The notes: generated from the sequence alone by a model not told the origin. A stretch of 64,000 bases of DNA from an uncultured delta proteobacterium (GCA_963737905.1 CAVTUQ010000005.1:96001-160000), one strand, 5' to 3'. Shown: positions 18,879-28,193, counted from the first letter of the stretch. Translations and numbers: made by a program.

Positions 18879-19487
18879 TTAATGAGCGAGTTTCGGTTTC
18901 TCTTCCAACAGCGCGGAAGTATCGCGCACCAGATCCTTGAACTGCCACTTCTCGCCGAAGAAATTAAATCGGCGAATCCCCTGGCGGTCGATCACCGTAG
19001 TCAGGCTGGTGTGCTGGACGAGGCCGCGCCCTTTTTTGATCACTCTGACATCGAAGCCCTTCCATACCTGTTTCAGTTGTGACTCGCTGCCGGTTAAGAA
19101 GGCCCAATTTTGAAAATCTGCGCCGTATCGTTGCGCATAGGATTTAAGAACTTTCGCTGAGTCCACCTCGGGATCGGTGGTGATGCTGACCAAAAACAGG
19201 TTGCCGGCATGTTCATTCTTGAGGGTGCGCTGGAGCTGGGCAAAGTTGGCGGTAAACAAGGGGCAGACATCCGTACAGGTGGTGAAAATGAAATTGAGCA
19301 CGATCACCTTGCCGCGCAAGGTCGTTGAATCAAAGCGATTGCCCTCTTGGTTTAGCAGGACAAAGGCCGGAGCCTTGGTGTTTGGCGTTGCCGAAGTCGG
19401 CGGAACTTCTCGTGGAGCGCCGGGCAAATGAGCATGAAGGTCTAATGGAAACAGGACTAGAAATAGCACTGCAAGCAGGGTGCGCAT
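18879..19487 (-). CDS. SCO family protein
   Basis: FIFTTCTDVCP, ITTDPEVDS, VQHT; signal peptide from ATG 19487. Confidence 0.88.
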   Translation of the reverse strand: MRTLLAVLFLVLFPLDLHAHLPGAPREVPPTSATPNTKAPAFVLLNQEGNRFDSTTLRGKVIVLNFIFTTCTDVCPLFTANFAQLQRTLKNEHAGNLFLVSITTDPEVDSAKVLKSYAQRYGADFQNWAFLTGSESQLKQVWKGFDVRVIKKGRGLVQHTSLTTVIDRQGIRRFNFFGEKWQFKDLVRDTSALLEEKPKLAH

Positions 19488-19488
19488 T

Positions 19489-20355
19489 TTATTTAAGCAG
19501 TCTAAAATCATAGGTCAGGTTTAACTGGTGCACGCCTTCGGGCAAGCCCCCTCTTAAGAGATACCTGGCAAAATATTCTTGCTCTTTTCCCGGCTGCAGG
19601 GTGATCGGCAGAAGAAAGCCGCATTCAACGAAATCTAGAAAATCAGCAACGTCCTGAGGCTCCACCAGATGGCCGATACGAGCGACGACCGGTTGATGGG
19701 CGCGATTTTTGACCCTAAGAAGAATTTCAAATAGGTCTCCAGGTTGGACCACCACTTCGCTCTTGGATAAAGCTACGTCCAAATCCGCCGCATCGGCGAG
19801 CTCAAGCCGCAAGGGTATTTTAACGCCGGACGACCAATTGAGAAAAATCCGCCACTCATTGCCTTCTTTGACTAGTTCGAGTTTTTCCTCAAGTTCGATC
19901 ATCTCGAAAGATCCGTCCCGTTTCTTTTTCTCCCAAGACTCGATCAGCTGCCTGCGCTCATCGACGGATATTGCGTTCAACCGCCGGGGATCCAAATTAA
20001 AAAGTTGCGCGGGCTCGGGAATGCCAATCTTGGTGACTGCCTCGATCCGGTCGGGCGCCAGTTGTTTTTGAGCCGGCTTGGTTTCGATGAAACTAGCCAG
20101 TTTTCTTGACGCTTCCAGGGCGAAACCCATAAAAGCGCCCCGTTGCTGCGCGTATCGACTCAAATCTCTGACACGCTGGTCGGCGGTGGAAATGTAACGG
20201 TAAGCCTCGATGTAATCGCGGGCGTAAGTCGCGCGCAAATAGCTTTGGATGACCAGCGCGGGATCGCCGAGGTTGGCTTGCTGCTCGGCGGCTTTTAATT
20301 TTGGACCGGCTGCGACGACCAGAAAGATTGTGACGATGGCTGCCAGCAGTTTCAT
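19489..20355 (-). CDS. Exported protein with CtaG/Cox11-like domain (paralogue 2)
   Basis: YLRATYARDY..AYRYIS; QPGDLF..RVKN..HLVEP..FVECGF..LQPGKEQ. Confidence 0.65.
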   Translation of the reverse strand: MKLLAAIVTIFLVVAAGPKLKAAEQQANLGDPALVIQSYLRATYARDYIEAYRYISTADQRVRDLSRYAQQRGAFMGFALEASRKLASFIETKPAQKQLAPDRIEAVTKIGIPEPAQLFNLDPRRLNAISVDERRQLIESWEKKKRDGSFEMIELEEKLELVKEGNEWRIFLNWSSGVKIPLRLELADAADLDVALSKSEVVVQPGDLFEILLRVKNRAHQPVVARIGHLVEPQDVADFLDFVECGFLLPITLQPGKEQEYFARYLLRGGLPEGVHQLNLTYDFRLLK

Positions 20356-21353
20356 TATAAGTTGTCGCGTGTTGTGGAGGTTGTTGCTTTTGCGGCATTC
20401 CGTCGTGGCGTAGTTGTCTTGGAATATGCGCTAGGGGGCGTCGGGAAGGGCTCGAGCTTGAATTCATAGCTAATGCCGATCGTGCTACCGGTTGCCAATC
20501 CGTCTTTGATCAAATAAGCGCTTGAGATCTCTTGAACGTCGCCGGGTTGAAGCTCAAGTGGTCGAAGGGCGCCGCAGGCGATCATGTCAATATTATTTTC
20601 CATGTCCTGCGGCTCTATGTGATGGACAATCCGCGCCACAATCGGCTGTTTACTCCGGTTCTTGATCTTGAGATCGACCTGGAAGGGCTCGTCTTTTTTC
20701 ACGATGAGCTCACTTTGGACGAATCGAGCTTGTACTTCGCTCGACGCCGCCGAATCGACTTTGAACGTGACTTTGATTCCCGACGCCCAATCGAGAAATA
20801 CCTTCCAACCACCCTTATCCGAGATCAGATCAAATGTCTCCTGGCCCTCGATCATGATCATCTTGCCATCTTTCTTTACTTTCCCCAAGGTTTGGAGCAG
20901 CTGTTCTTGGCGCGGCCGTGAAAGCGCATTGAGCTTCTCCGGATCCCAATCGAACAGAAGGGAAGACAGCTCATCGGCGGTGGGGACTTTGTAACCAACC
21001 TTGTAGTGAGCGAGGTCGGGGCTTAGCTGCTTCTCGATAACCCAGACCTCCATGCTCGCGGCGAGCGTTTGCGCTAGCTCAAGAGCAAAGCCGGTAAAGC
21101 CCCCGGACTGTGAAGCATAACTCTTTTCATTCCACGCAAGTTGGTCCCGGGAGGAAATGTATCGATAGGCGGTTTGGTAATCGCGAGCGTAGCTTGCCTT
21201 GAGATAAGCTTTGACGACGTCAAAAGGTTTTTCCTGAGGAGGCTTTGCGCCGGCCGGATTGAAGTAAAGGATCGCTCCGATCAGGAATGTGAAAACCGCA
21301 GCACCGGCGAGAAGAACCGACGGCCGGGAAACTTTGCGCTTTGTCTCAATCAT
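20355..21353 (-). CDS. Membrane-anchored protein with CtaG/Cox11-like domain (paralogue 3)
   Basis: YLKASYARDY..AYRYIS; KIKN..HHIEP..MIACG..LQPGDVQ; start ATG 21353 inferred. Confidence 0.65.
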   Translation of the reverse strand: MIETKRKVSRPSVLLAGAAVFTFLIGAILYFNPAGAKPPQEKPFDVVKAYLKASYARDYQTAYRYISSRDQLAWNEKSYASQSGGFTGFALELAQTLAASMEVWVIEKQLSPDLAHYKVGYKVPTADELSSLLFDWDPEKLNALSRPRQEQLLQTLGKVKKDGKMIMIEGQETFDLISDKGGWKVFLDWASGIKVTFKVDSAASSEVQARFVQSELIVKKDEPFQVDLKIKNRSKQPIVARIVHHIEPQDMENNIDMIACGALRPLELQPGDVQEISSAYLIKDGLATGSTIGISYEFKLEPFPTPPSAYSKTTTPRRNAAKATTSTTRDNL

Positions 21354-21577
21354 TTTTTGATGAGGGTTGACGTAGAGTTCAGTATTAGAATTATATCGCA
21401 ACGCGATTCTACCCATTCTCCCCGGCTCAAACAACACCGGGTCAAAGTGTCTTTGGCGGCGATTGGTCATTCCAGAAGACAAAGACAGGCAAGGCTAGCA
21501 AACGCCGGAAATTTTCAACCATGATATAATGCCAACAGAACTGCCCCTGCTTAAGGGCATAAAGATACCTGAAAAAA

Positions 21578-21790
21578 ATGGTCAATGCTTGCGCAAAAAT
21601 CGCCTTTTTACTTGTTCTTCTGGTGTGCGTGCTATCGGCTTGCGCACAAATCAAAGAGGCGGGTCGAACCATTGGTCACACGACTCGGGATGTCACGAGA
21701 GAAATAGGTCATGGTACCCGTGACGCGGCGAAAGCTGTTGGCGAGGGAGTAAAAAAGGTCGTGAAATCAGCGACTGGCGACGAGGACTAG
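21578..21790 (+). CDS. Small lipoprotein with repeated IGHxTRD motif
   Basis: Lipobox LSAC; GRTIGHTTRD / TREIGHGTRD. Confidence 0.65.
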   Translation: MVNACAKIAFLLVLLVCVLSACAQIKEAGRTIGHTTRDVTREIGHGTRDAAKAVGEGVKKVVKSATGDED

Positions 21791-21941
21791 ATCTCCAGTC
21801 ACTGAATAGACGCATGTCATTGCCACAATGAAGTCAGATACCGAGTGGTTTATGATTTTGAGGCCGCCGTTGAACGGCAGGGCCCGACCGCTCGCCATGC
21901 GAACGGCCGGGTGCTCGAGGTCAGGCTGCGACGTGAGAGAA

Positions 21942-22415
21942 CTATCTCTTGCGCAGATCTTGATGAAGCTCGCGACGGGCTGATTCCAGCTGCGTTTGGT
22001 CTTGCCGAAGGTCGCTTCGGTCGCTGCGGATCTCTCTTAAGTCACCGCGGATCTCTTCTCTGCTGGCGCCATTGCGTCGGTCTTTTCTCAGCTCCTGATA
22101 ATCCCCGCGCAACTCCTGGCGGCCCTGTTTGACTTCATTGCGGGCATTGCGAATATCTTTGAAATCCTGTCGAATCTCAGGCTTATTATGATGCCCACGG
22201 TTGTCATGACGAACATCGCGCCGGTAGTGATTGTCATATCGTCCGCGATGATCCCGTCCGTGGTAGCCGTCGCGCCTCCCGTGATCACCTTTCCACTTGC
22301 TGTGAGAATATTCCTTTCCGTCCTTAGTGTCGGCGGTCGCAGATACTGCTGGGATAACTAGAACCCCCGTAACCATTGCGCTCAAAATGATCGTTCGTAG
22401 ATTTTTCATATCCAT
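21942..22415 (-). CDS. Exported His/Arg/Asp-rich coiled-coil repeat protein
   Basis: RBS AAGGAG, signal peptide, E[IL]RxD heptads. Confidence 0.7.
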   Translation of the reverse strand: MDMKNLRTIILSAMVTGVLVIPAVSATADTKDGKEYSHSKWKGDHGRRDGYHGRDHRGRYDNHYRRDVRHDNRGHHNKPEIRQDFKDIRNARNEVKQGRQELRGDYQELRKDRRNGASREEIRGDLREIRSDRSDLRQDQTQLESARRELHQDLRKR

Positions 22416-22452
22416 TCTCCTTTTCTTGTTAGGGCCGTAGTTAAGTAAACCC

Positions 22453-22728
22453 CTAGCGTCGGTAATCGTCGTCTTCTTGACCTTGGATGTAGTTACCAAT
22501 CAGCGCGCCTGCCCCCAGGCCAACCGCCCCGCCGATGGCTGCGCCGGCTCCGGGATGACCTTTGGCGCTGCCGATAGCTCCGCCAACGGCTGCGCCGCCG
22601 AGAGCGCCGATGCCTGCGCCTTTTTCCCGTGCGGTCAGGGGTCCGCCGGCACAGCCGGCAGCGGCCATGGCGGTCAGACCGATGGCAACGATCGAGGTCG
22701 AGAAGTTGAGTCTCTTTTTGTTGTTCAT
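22453..22728 (-). CDS. Glycine-zipper lipoprotein
   Basis: AAGC lipobox; REKGAGIGALGGAAVGGAIG..GAAIGGAVGLGAGALIG. Confidence 0.85.
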   Translation of the reverse strand: MNNKKRLNFSTSIVAIGLTAMAAAGCAGGPLTAREKGAGIGALGGAAVGGAIGSAKGHPGAGAAIGGAVGLGAGALIGNYIQGQEDDDYRR

Positions 22729-22776
22729 GTTTTCTCCTTTCGTATTTTTTGAACGTTTCATTTGGATCGCGAGCAG

Positions 22777-22792
22777 AGCAACGCAAATGCCA
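22777..22792 (-). promoter_or_regulatory. Sigma54 -24/-12 promoter
   Basis: TGGCATTTGCGTTGCT (GG-N10-GC) upstream of the glycine-zipper gene. Confidence 0.7.
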
Positions 22793-23042
22793 CCGCGCCG
22801 AAAGGGGCTAACTCACTGATCTTGCCCAGGTCACACTGGAACCGGCTTAAAAACCGCTCAGTAAAAATTACCTGTCACAAGTGAAAATGTGAGGATTAAG
22901 TGGTGGGTTCCCTGGACTGACTTAGAATCCAGACCGTAAAATTAAATGACACCCTAACAATTTTACCGTCCTAGCTGGCCTTTACAGGCACGAGAAAAAC
23001 CGAAACCCTCCATTTTCTTACCTGATTGGTAAATCTTTGCTT

Positions 23043-23058
23043 TGGCTTAGAAATTGCC
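23043..23058 (+). promoter_or_regulatory. Sigma54 -24/-12 promoter (divergent)
   Basis: TGGCTTAGAAATTGCC (GG-N10-GC), very close to ATG 23073. Confidence 0.45.
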
Positions 23059-23072
23059 TTGACACTTGCCAT

Positions 23073-23501
23073 ATGAAACCAGAGAGAAGTCGGCTTAATC
23101 TTTTTTTGGTTGTTTGTTTGCTGCCCTTGCTAACCGGTTGCGCGGCCGTAGGGTTGACTCTCTTTGGTGTCGGCGCCGGAGTCGCCACAGGCACCACGGT
23201 TTCCTATACGCTGGACGGGATTGCTTACCGTACGTTCACTGTGCCCTTGCCCAAAGTCGAGAACGCCACACGCACAGCTCTAAATCAAATGGGCATAAAG
23301 GTTGATGCGACAGCGAAGACCGAGCAAGGAAAAGCCATCTCAGCCAGCGCAAACGATCGACAGATCGAGATCGAATTTGAAGCGGTCAGTTCCAAGACGA
23401 CGAGAATGCGCACGGTTGCTAAACAAGGATTATTTTTTAAAGACAGGGCCACAGCGGCGGAGATTATCATGCAAACAGAAAAGGTGTTGGGTCTGAGCTG
23501 A
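23073..23501 (+). CDS. DUF3568-like lipoprotein
   Basis: Lipobox LTGC, GVGAGVATG, mixed alpha/beta C-terminal domain. Confidence 0.7.
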   Translation: MKPERSRLNLFLVVCLLPLLTGCAAVGLTLFGVGAGVATGTTVSYTLDGIAYRTFTVPLPKVENATRTALNQMGIKVDATAKTEQGKAISASANDRQIEIEFEAVSSKTTRMRTVAKQGLFFKDRATAAEIIMQTEKVLGLS

Positions 23502-23631
23502 ACGTGCTCACGCAAAATCATAATGAAAATAAAAGCTCCATTCGTTACAGCTGCTACAGCCTAAGTTCTGAAATCTTTACTGATGCTGCCTCCACGTTGA
23601 ATAGACAGAGCAATTAGAGGGTAAGAAAACT

Positions 23632-24072
23632 ATGAAAATTTTTAAGAATTCGTTGATTACCATGCAAGCTACGCTTTTGTTCGTGGCTTTCCTTTGGATT
23701 CATTTGTTCGGGGTCGCGGCGGCGTTGGCGTCGGACAAGGACCGGCCGGCGCACTTTCTTCCGGAAGAGAGGACGATAATTTACGAGTACTATCACCGAG
23801 GGTCGCCGTCGAAGGGTCTGCCGCCAGGATTGGCGAAGAAAGGCAAGCTGCCACCTGGGTTACAGAAACACTTGGACAAAAATGGGAAGCTCCCGCCAGG
23901 ACTACAGAAACGGCTAGAGCCTCTTCCACGGGATCTGGAAGTGCGGCTACCGCGCTTACCCGATTATTGGGAAAGAGTCATTCTTCAGGAACATGTCGTT
24001 CTGATCGACCGCCGCACCCAGCGAATATTAGACATCATTGAGAACGTGATTGGGCTAGCGACGGGAAGTTAG
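23632..24072 (+). CDS. Exported protein with LPPGLxK repeats (RcnB-like C-terminus)
   Basis: LPPGLAKK / LPPGLQKH / LPPGLQKR; VVLIDRRTQRILDII. Confidence 0.75.
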   Translation: MKIFKNSLITMQATLLFVAFLWIHLFGVAAALASDKDRPAHFLPEERTIIYEYYHRGSPSKGLPPGLAKKGKLPPGLQKHLDKNGKLPPGLQKRLEPLPRDLEVRLPRLPDYWERVILQEHVVLIDRRTQRILDIIENVIGLATGS

Positions 24073-24178
24073 ATATTCTACTTCCGAGGCAGCGGCTAAC
24101 CTACCCGTGGTCTGTTTTTTTGTCCCACTCGGTGATCCTAGCGACACTGCACCAAGTCCAAAAGGGCGGACTGTTTCT

Positions 24179-24748
24179 TCATAGAGGCGCTCCGGCTTTT
24201 TTCAGCCCTTCACGGGCGCGCTCTGAAGTCATCGGCCCGATGACGACATCGCGGATCGTGCCCTGGGCGTCAATGAAAAATGTCGCAGGCGGGCCGAAGA
24301 TACGATAGGCCCGCTTGACCGTGCTATTCAGGTCCAAGGCGATGGGAAAGACGAGTCCGGCTTCTATGGCATATTCCGTCACGGCGGCGCGAGTGTCTTC
24401 GACGGCAATGCCCAGCACCGCGTAACCGTCCTTGCTCGCCTTGGATGCGAGCCCGTTTATCAGCGGCATTTCCTCCCGGCAGGGATCGCACCAGCTTGCG
24501 AAGAAGTTCATCATCAGGGGTCTGCCGCGAAGCGTATCGAGCCCAATGGGTTTACCATCGAGAGTTCTCAACTCAAAACCGATGGCGGTGCTGCCAACGG
24601 TAGGTGCAGATTTTTGGCCGACTTGGGGGATACCTTGCGTCCAACCGGCGCTCGGATGCAGCGCAAGATCCATCGGAAAACATAACAACGCAAACCATCC
24701 GGCGATGGAGATCAAACGCTTCGTCATTTCCCGCACCGATGGCATCAT
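24179..24748 (-). CDS. TlpA/ResA family thiol-disulfide oxidoreductase
   Basis: NFFASWCDPCREEMP; PATFFID. Confidence 0.9.
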   Translation of the reverse strand: MMPSVREMTKRLISIAGWFALLCFPMDLALHPSAGWTQGIPQVGQKSAPTVGSTAIGFELRTLDGKPIGLDTLRGRPLMMNFFASWCDPCREEMPLINGLASKASKDGYAVLGIAVEDTRAAVTEYAIEAGLVFPIALDLNSTVKRAYRIFGPPATFFIDAQGTIRDVVIGPMTSERAREGLKKAGAPL

Positions 24749-26091
24749 TGTTTCTCTACTCTCGCGTTTTTTAGGACTACCCATGAGTCTTCTCCATCGG
24801 TTTCTGTCCAGGCGACATGGAGTTGATGATTGGAAAGCGCCAACGCCGGCCGGTTGGCATTACCTTTCGCCTGGCTGATTTGCTGGACCGGACTCCACGT
24901 CTTGCCGTCCGGAGCGAGACTGCGGACGAAAATCTGCGACTTGCTCGCTCCATCCAAGTTATCCCATGCAAAATAGACCCGACCGTCTTCGGCTACCGCC
25001 ATCGTCGTGTGGAGTATCTCAGCGGCCGTGTTGGCATGAATCAGTTGCCGCGGCGCGAAGCTTCGACCGCCGTCTTTCGAGACGGTGTAGTAAAGGCCGG
25101 CCTCGCTGACCGAACGGCCCAGGGTAAACCAAGTCACGTGGAGATAGCCACGGGCGTCCCGACCGATGGTGGGACCGGAGTGTGGACAAGACGGGACCTG
25201 CCAGCCATCGTCGCTGATCTCAACCGGCGCGCCGAAGGTCGCGCCGCCATCGGTTGATTGCCGCAAAACGTGGTTGCGAATTTGATTTTTGTCAACCTGG
25301 CGATCCACCATATATACGGTCTTGCCGGCATCGGCGAAGGCGATGCCCAGCCGGCAGCATTCGCACAACCCTTCGCCTACCTTGTAGCTTGCCGTCAGGC
25401 GTTGGCCCGTGGCGCCGATGCGCATCAAATAAAGCGAGCGAGGAATCGGGTTGTCGACTCGGCGATCGATCCAAGCCACCAACAACGTATTATCCGGCGC
25501 AACTTCGACGATCGGAAAGCGCGCTGTGTCTTTGATTTCGTTGAGAGTCTCGGCTGGCGTGAAGCCGCCCTTTCCGTCTTCCATTGCGAAACGAATATTG
25601 GCGCGTGTCTTGTCGCCTTTTTCGTTGGGGATCGACCACACCACATAAGCTTTGTTGTCGGGTCCGAAAGCGACCCTGGGCCCGCCTTCCTCTCCCTCGA
25701 TCGCTTCCAAGAGGCCGTTGATTTGTCTGGGACGCGACCAAGTCTTGCCGTTATCGGCGGAAGAAGCCAGCAAAGCCATGCGCATCGGTGAGGCAGGCCT
25801 TTTCATGCGGGAGTCGTGCTGATGAGCGGGCGATAGCTTGGCTTGAGGCTGCGGCCGGTCGTCGTCTTCCGTCCAGACGGCGAACAATCGGCCGTCGGGC
25901 GCATACCGCAGGAAAGGCGTCGATGGATTCTGCTCGTTTTTCCCGAGCCGTTGCTCCGGTCCGAAGCTGCTTTCGATGGGTTGACGAGCATTGCCCGGCA
26001 CGACGAGATCCGAGCCGCAGCCAAAGAGCATCAGACTGAATATAAGCGGACCTGCAATAATGGCAAGAATTCGGGTGAATTGTGTGTGCAT
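24745..26091 (-). CDS. BNR/Asp-box (sialidase-like) lipoprotein with CECC and CPHSGP motifs
   Basis: Lipobox LFGC; Asp-boxes SADNGKTW, STDGGATF, SKDGGRSF; LCECCR; WQVPSCPHSGP. Confidence 0.8.
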   Translation of the reverse strand: MHTQFTRILAIIAGPLIFSLMLFGCGSDLVVPGNARQPIESSFGPEQRLGKNEQNPSTPFLRYAPDGRLFAVWTEDDDRPQPQAKLSPAHQHDSRMKRPASPMRMALLASSADNGKTWSRPRQINGLLEAIEGEEGGPRVAFGPDNKAYVVWSIPNEKGDKTRANIRFAMEDGKGGFTPAETLNEIKDTARFPIVEVAPDNTLLVAWIDRRVDNPIPRSLYLMRIGATGQRLTASYKVGEGLCECCRLGIAFADAGKTVYMVDRQVDKNQIRNHVLRQSTDGGATFGAPVEISDDGWQVPSCPHSGPTIGRDARGYLHVTWFTLGRSVSEAGLYYTVSKDGGRSFAPRQLIHANTAAEILHTTMAVAEDGRVYFAWDNLDGASKSQIFVRSLAPDGKTWSPVQQISQAKGNANRPALALSNHQLHVAWTETDGEDSWVVLKNARVEKQ

Positions 26092-26118
26092 GATTAGCCT
26101 CCTAGTTTCGGCGAATTG

Positions 26119-26535
26119 TCACTTGGTTGTGAAAGTGACTTTGTCCGTAGCGGCGAGCTCCGTCTTATGATCCTCTGTGGCGACCCTTAGTTCAAGCGTA
26201 TGTTGACCCGGTTTGATCCCATTTAAGGTCCCTTTCTCGGTTTGGAACATGCCCATCATCTCCCCGTCGACATAGGCATGCACATGCTCGCCCCGTTTAC
26301 CTTTAGTGAGCTTGAATTCAAGCGGTACCTTATCGCCCGTGATCATTTGGCCAGCTTTAGGTGAGATGATCTTTACGCTGGCACCTTCCGCCGGCTGGAG
26401 GGTGGATTTATCCGGCATTTTATCGGCGTGCTTCATCGGCATATCCATGCCTTTCATGTGGTCTTGAGCCACTGTTGCGATGGGAGTGGAAAAAATCCAT
26501 GCCGTCGCGACGATTGTAATAAGTGAGTTTTTCAT
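26119..26535 (-). CDS. Periplasmic Met/His-rich putative metal-binding protein
   Basis: Signal peptide; DHMKGMDMPMKH; HVHAYVDGEMMGM; HTLELRV..DH. Confidence 0.75.
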   Translation of the reverse strand: MKNSLITIVATAWIFSTPIATVAQDHMKGMDMPMKHADKMPDKSTLQPAEGASVKIISPKAGQMITGDKVPLEFKLTKGKRGEHVHAYVDGEMMGMFQTEKGTLNGIKPGQHTLELRVATEDHKTELAATDKVTFTTK

Positions 26536-26552
26536 TGTGTCTCCTCTTCTTT

Positions 26553-27806
26553 TTATTTGACTATGAATTCAACGCGGTCTCGTGCATCCAATTCGGTTTG
26601 ATGATCTTCGGTAACCACCCGAAGCTCCAAGATATGAGACCCCGGTCCAATACCATTCAAGGTTCCTTGCTTCCCTGTGAACATGCCCATTAACTCGCCG
26701 TCGATGTAGGCGTGAACGTGATAGCCACGTTTGCCCTTGGTTAATTTGAAACGTAACGGGACTCTGTCCCCCGTAAAAACTTGCTCCGCTTTGGGAGAAA
26801 TGATCTCAACACCGGCGCCTTCCGCGGGTTTTAGTAACGGGGTGCTAGGCGCGGCGCTGGATGATGCGTTCGCGAGGGCGTTCTGATGTACGGCATGAAC
26901 GCCGGGTGGAAGCACGGTGAGCAGCCCAGTTACGAAAAAAACCAGCAAGGCGAGGAAGCTTTCCGCGCCGATCCGCCTCAAAGCTCTGGGCGCCAGGGAA
27001 AGGTCATTGACATTTCCACGGGCGGCTCGAAGGAGCGCGGGACCTGTGGCAAGAAAGTTGAGCGCGCCGAATCCGAGCATCGTGATGAATAGGACCAGCT
27101 TGAGTAAGAGCACTCGACCGTAGTCAGTGCCGAACAGCGTCCGTAGATTGCCGACCTGAATCCAACTCTGGTAGAGACCGGTAAGAACAAGAACTGCGAC
27201 GCTGCCAAGGGCGAGCCGGGAAAAACGACGGATCATCTCTGCCGTCCAGGACAAAGGAAGAGTCATTTTTTTAATGCCACGATGGAGAATCCAGAAAAGC
27301 GCCAACAGGCCGCCGCCCCAAAGCCCTGTGGCAATCAGATGGGCGGCATCGGCCGCCACGACGACCATCGTATCCTCCTTCACAGCGACGGCATGACTAG
27401 TAAAGCTGCGGCCTGCTACGAGCGGGAGAGCAAGAAAGAAAACGCAGCGTATTGCTTTTACGCTCGCCGCCTTTCTCGCGAACCAGAATAGGATAACCAC
27501 CAAGGCGGCGCCGTAGACTTCCCGTAAGAGCCAGACTTTGCCGCTTTGAGTCATGAAGAGGTAGCGAGAAAGAACGTCCAGGGACGGTACAGCACCCCGT
27601 TGGAGCTTTGCGCCTTGTATCACTAGGGAGACCATGGCGATTATTAGGAAAGCGGCGGTCATGTACGCGCCTGAGAACGTCAGCGTTTGTCTCAGTTCTT
27701 TGGGTTCTCCGCCCGGCAGCAGAAAGCCCGCTGTGACGAGAACGCCGAGCAGAAACCCGAGGACGGCGTAGCCCATCCCTGAGACGATTGCTTCTAACGA
27801 GAGCAT
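26553..27806 (-). CDS. copD: CopD family copper transporter fused to a soluble HxH domain
   Basis: SHA, AHLIATGLWGGGL, RRFSRLA, TDYGRVLLLKL; C-terminal about 95 aa match the 26119 protein. Confidence 0.85.
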   Translation of the reverse strand: MLSLEAIVSGMGYAVLGFLLGVLVTAGFLLPGGEPKELRQTLTFSGAYMTAAFLIIAMVSLVIQGAKLQRGAVPSLDVLSRYLFMTQSGKVWLLREVYGAALVVILFWFARKAASVKAIRCVFFLALPLVAGRSFTSHAVAVKEDTMVVVAADAAHLIATGLWGGGLLALFWILHRGIKKMTLPLSWTAEMIRRFSRLALGSVAVLVLTGLYQSWIQVGNLRTLFGTDYGRVLLLKLVLFITMLGFGALNFLATGPALLRAARGNVNDLSLAPRALRRIGAESFLALLVFFVTGLLTVLPPGVHAVHQNALANASSSAAPSTPLLKPAEGAGVEIISPKAEQVFTGDRVPLRFKLTKGKRGYHVHAYIDGELMGMFTGKQGTLNGIGPGSHILELRVVTEDHQTELDARDRVEFIVK

Positions 27807-27812
27807 GAGCCG

Positions 27813-28193
27813 TTACTTCCCCACCGTTCCCACCGTAAACTGCAGCAGGCCTTCAGTTACGTGAGTGTCCACCGAAAGAACCTGCCACTCGATGGTGTAA
27901 GTTCCGGGACTCACCGGTTTGAGGTCGATGGCTAGAGTGTCTTCAGCCAATTGACGCAGCTTTCCTTGGCTGACCACTTCACCGTTCGCTCCCTTGACTG
28001 CGATCTGGCTAAACGCGATCTCGACACCTTCAGTGAATTGAATGCGCACCTCCCGCGGCGGCTCTTTGACCTTGGCGCCGTTGTTTGGGATGGAGACCGC
28101 CGGATAAGCATGCGCCCATGCAAGCCCTTCCCTGTCTTGTAGTGAAAGGATTAAGAGCGCCGAGCTAAGGGCGATTAAAAACCTGGAATACAT
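27813..28193 (-). CDS. copC: CopC copper-binding protein
   Basis: Mature HAYP..., FTEGVE, WQVLSVDTHVTEG. Confidence 0.9.
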   Translation of the reverse strand: MYSRFLIALSSALLILSLQDREGLAWAHAYPAVSIPNNGAKVKEPPREVRIQFTEGVEIAFSQIAVKGANGEVVSQGKLRQLAEDTLAIDLKPVSPGTYTIEWQVLSVDTHVTEGLLQFTVGTVGK

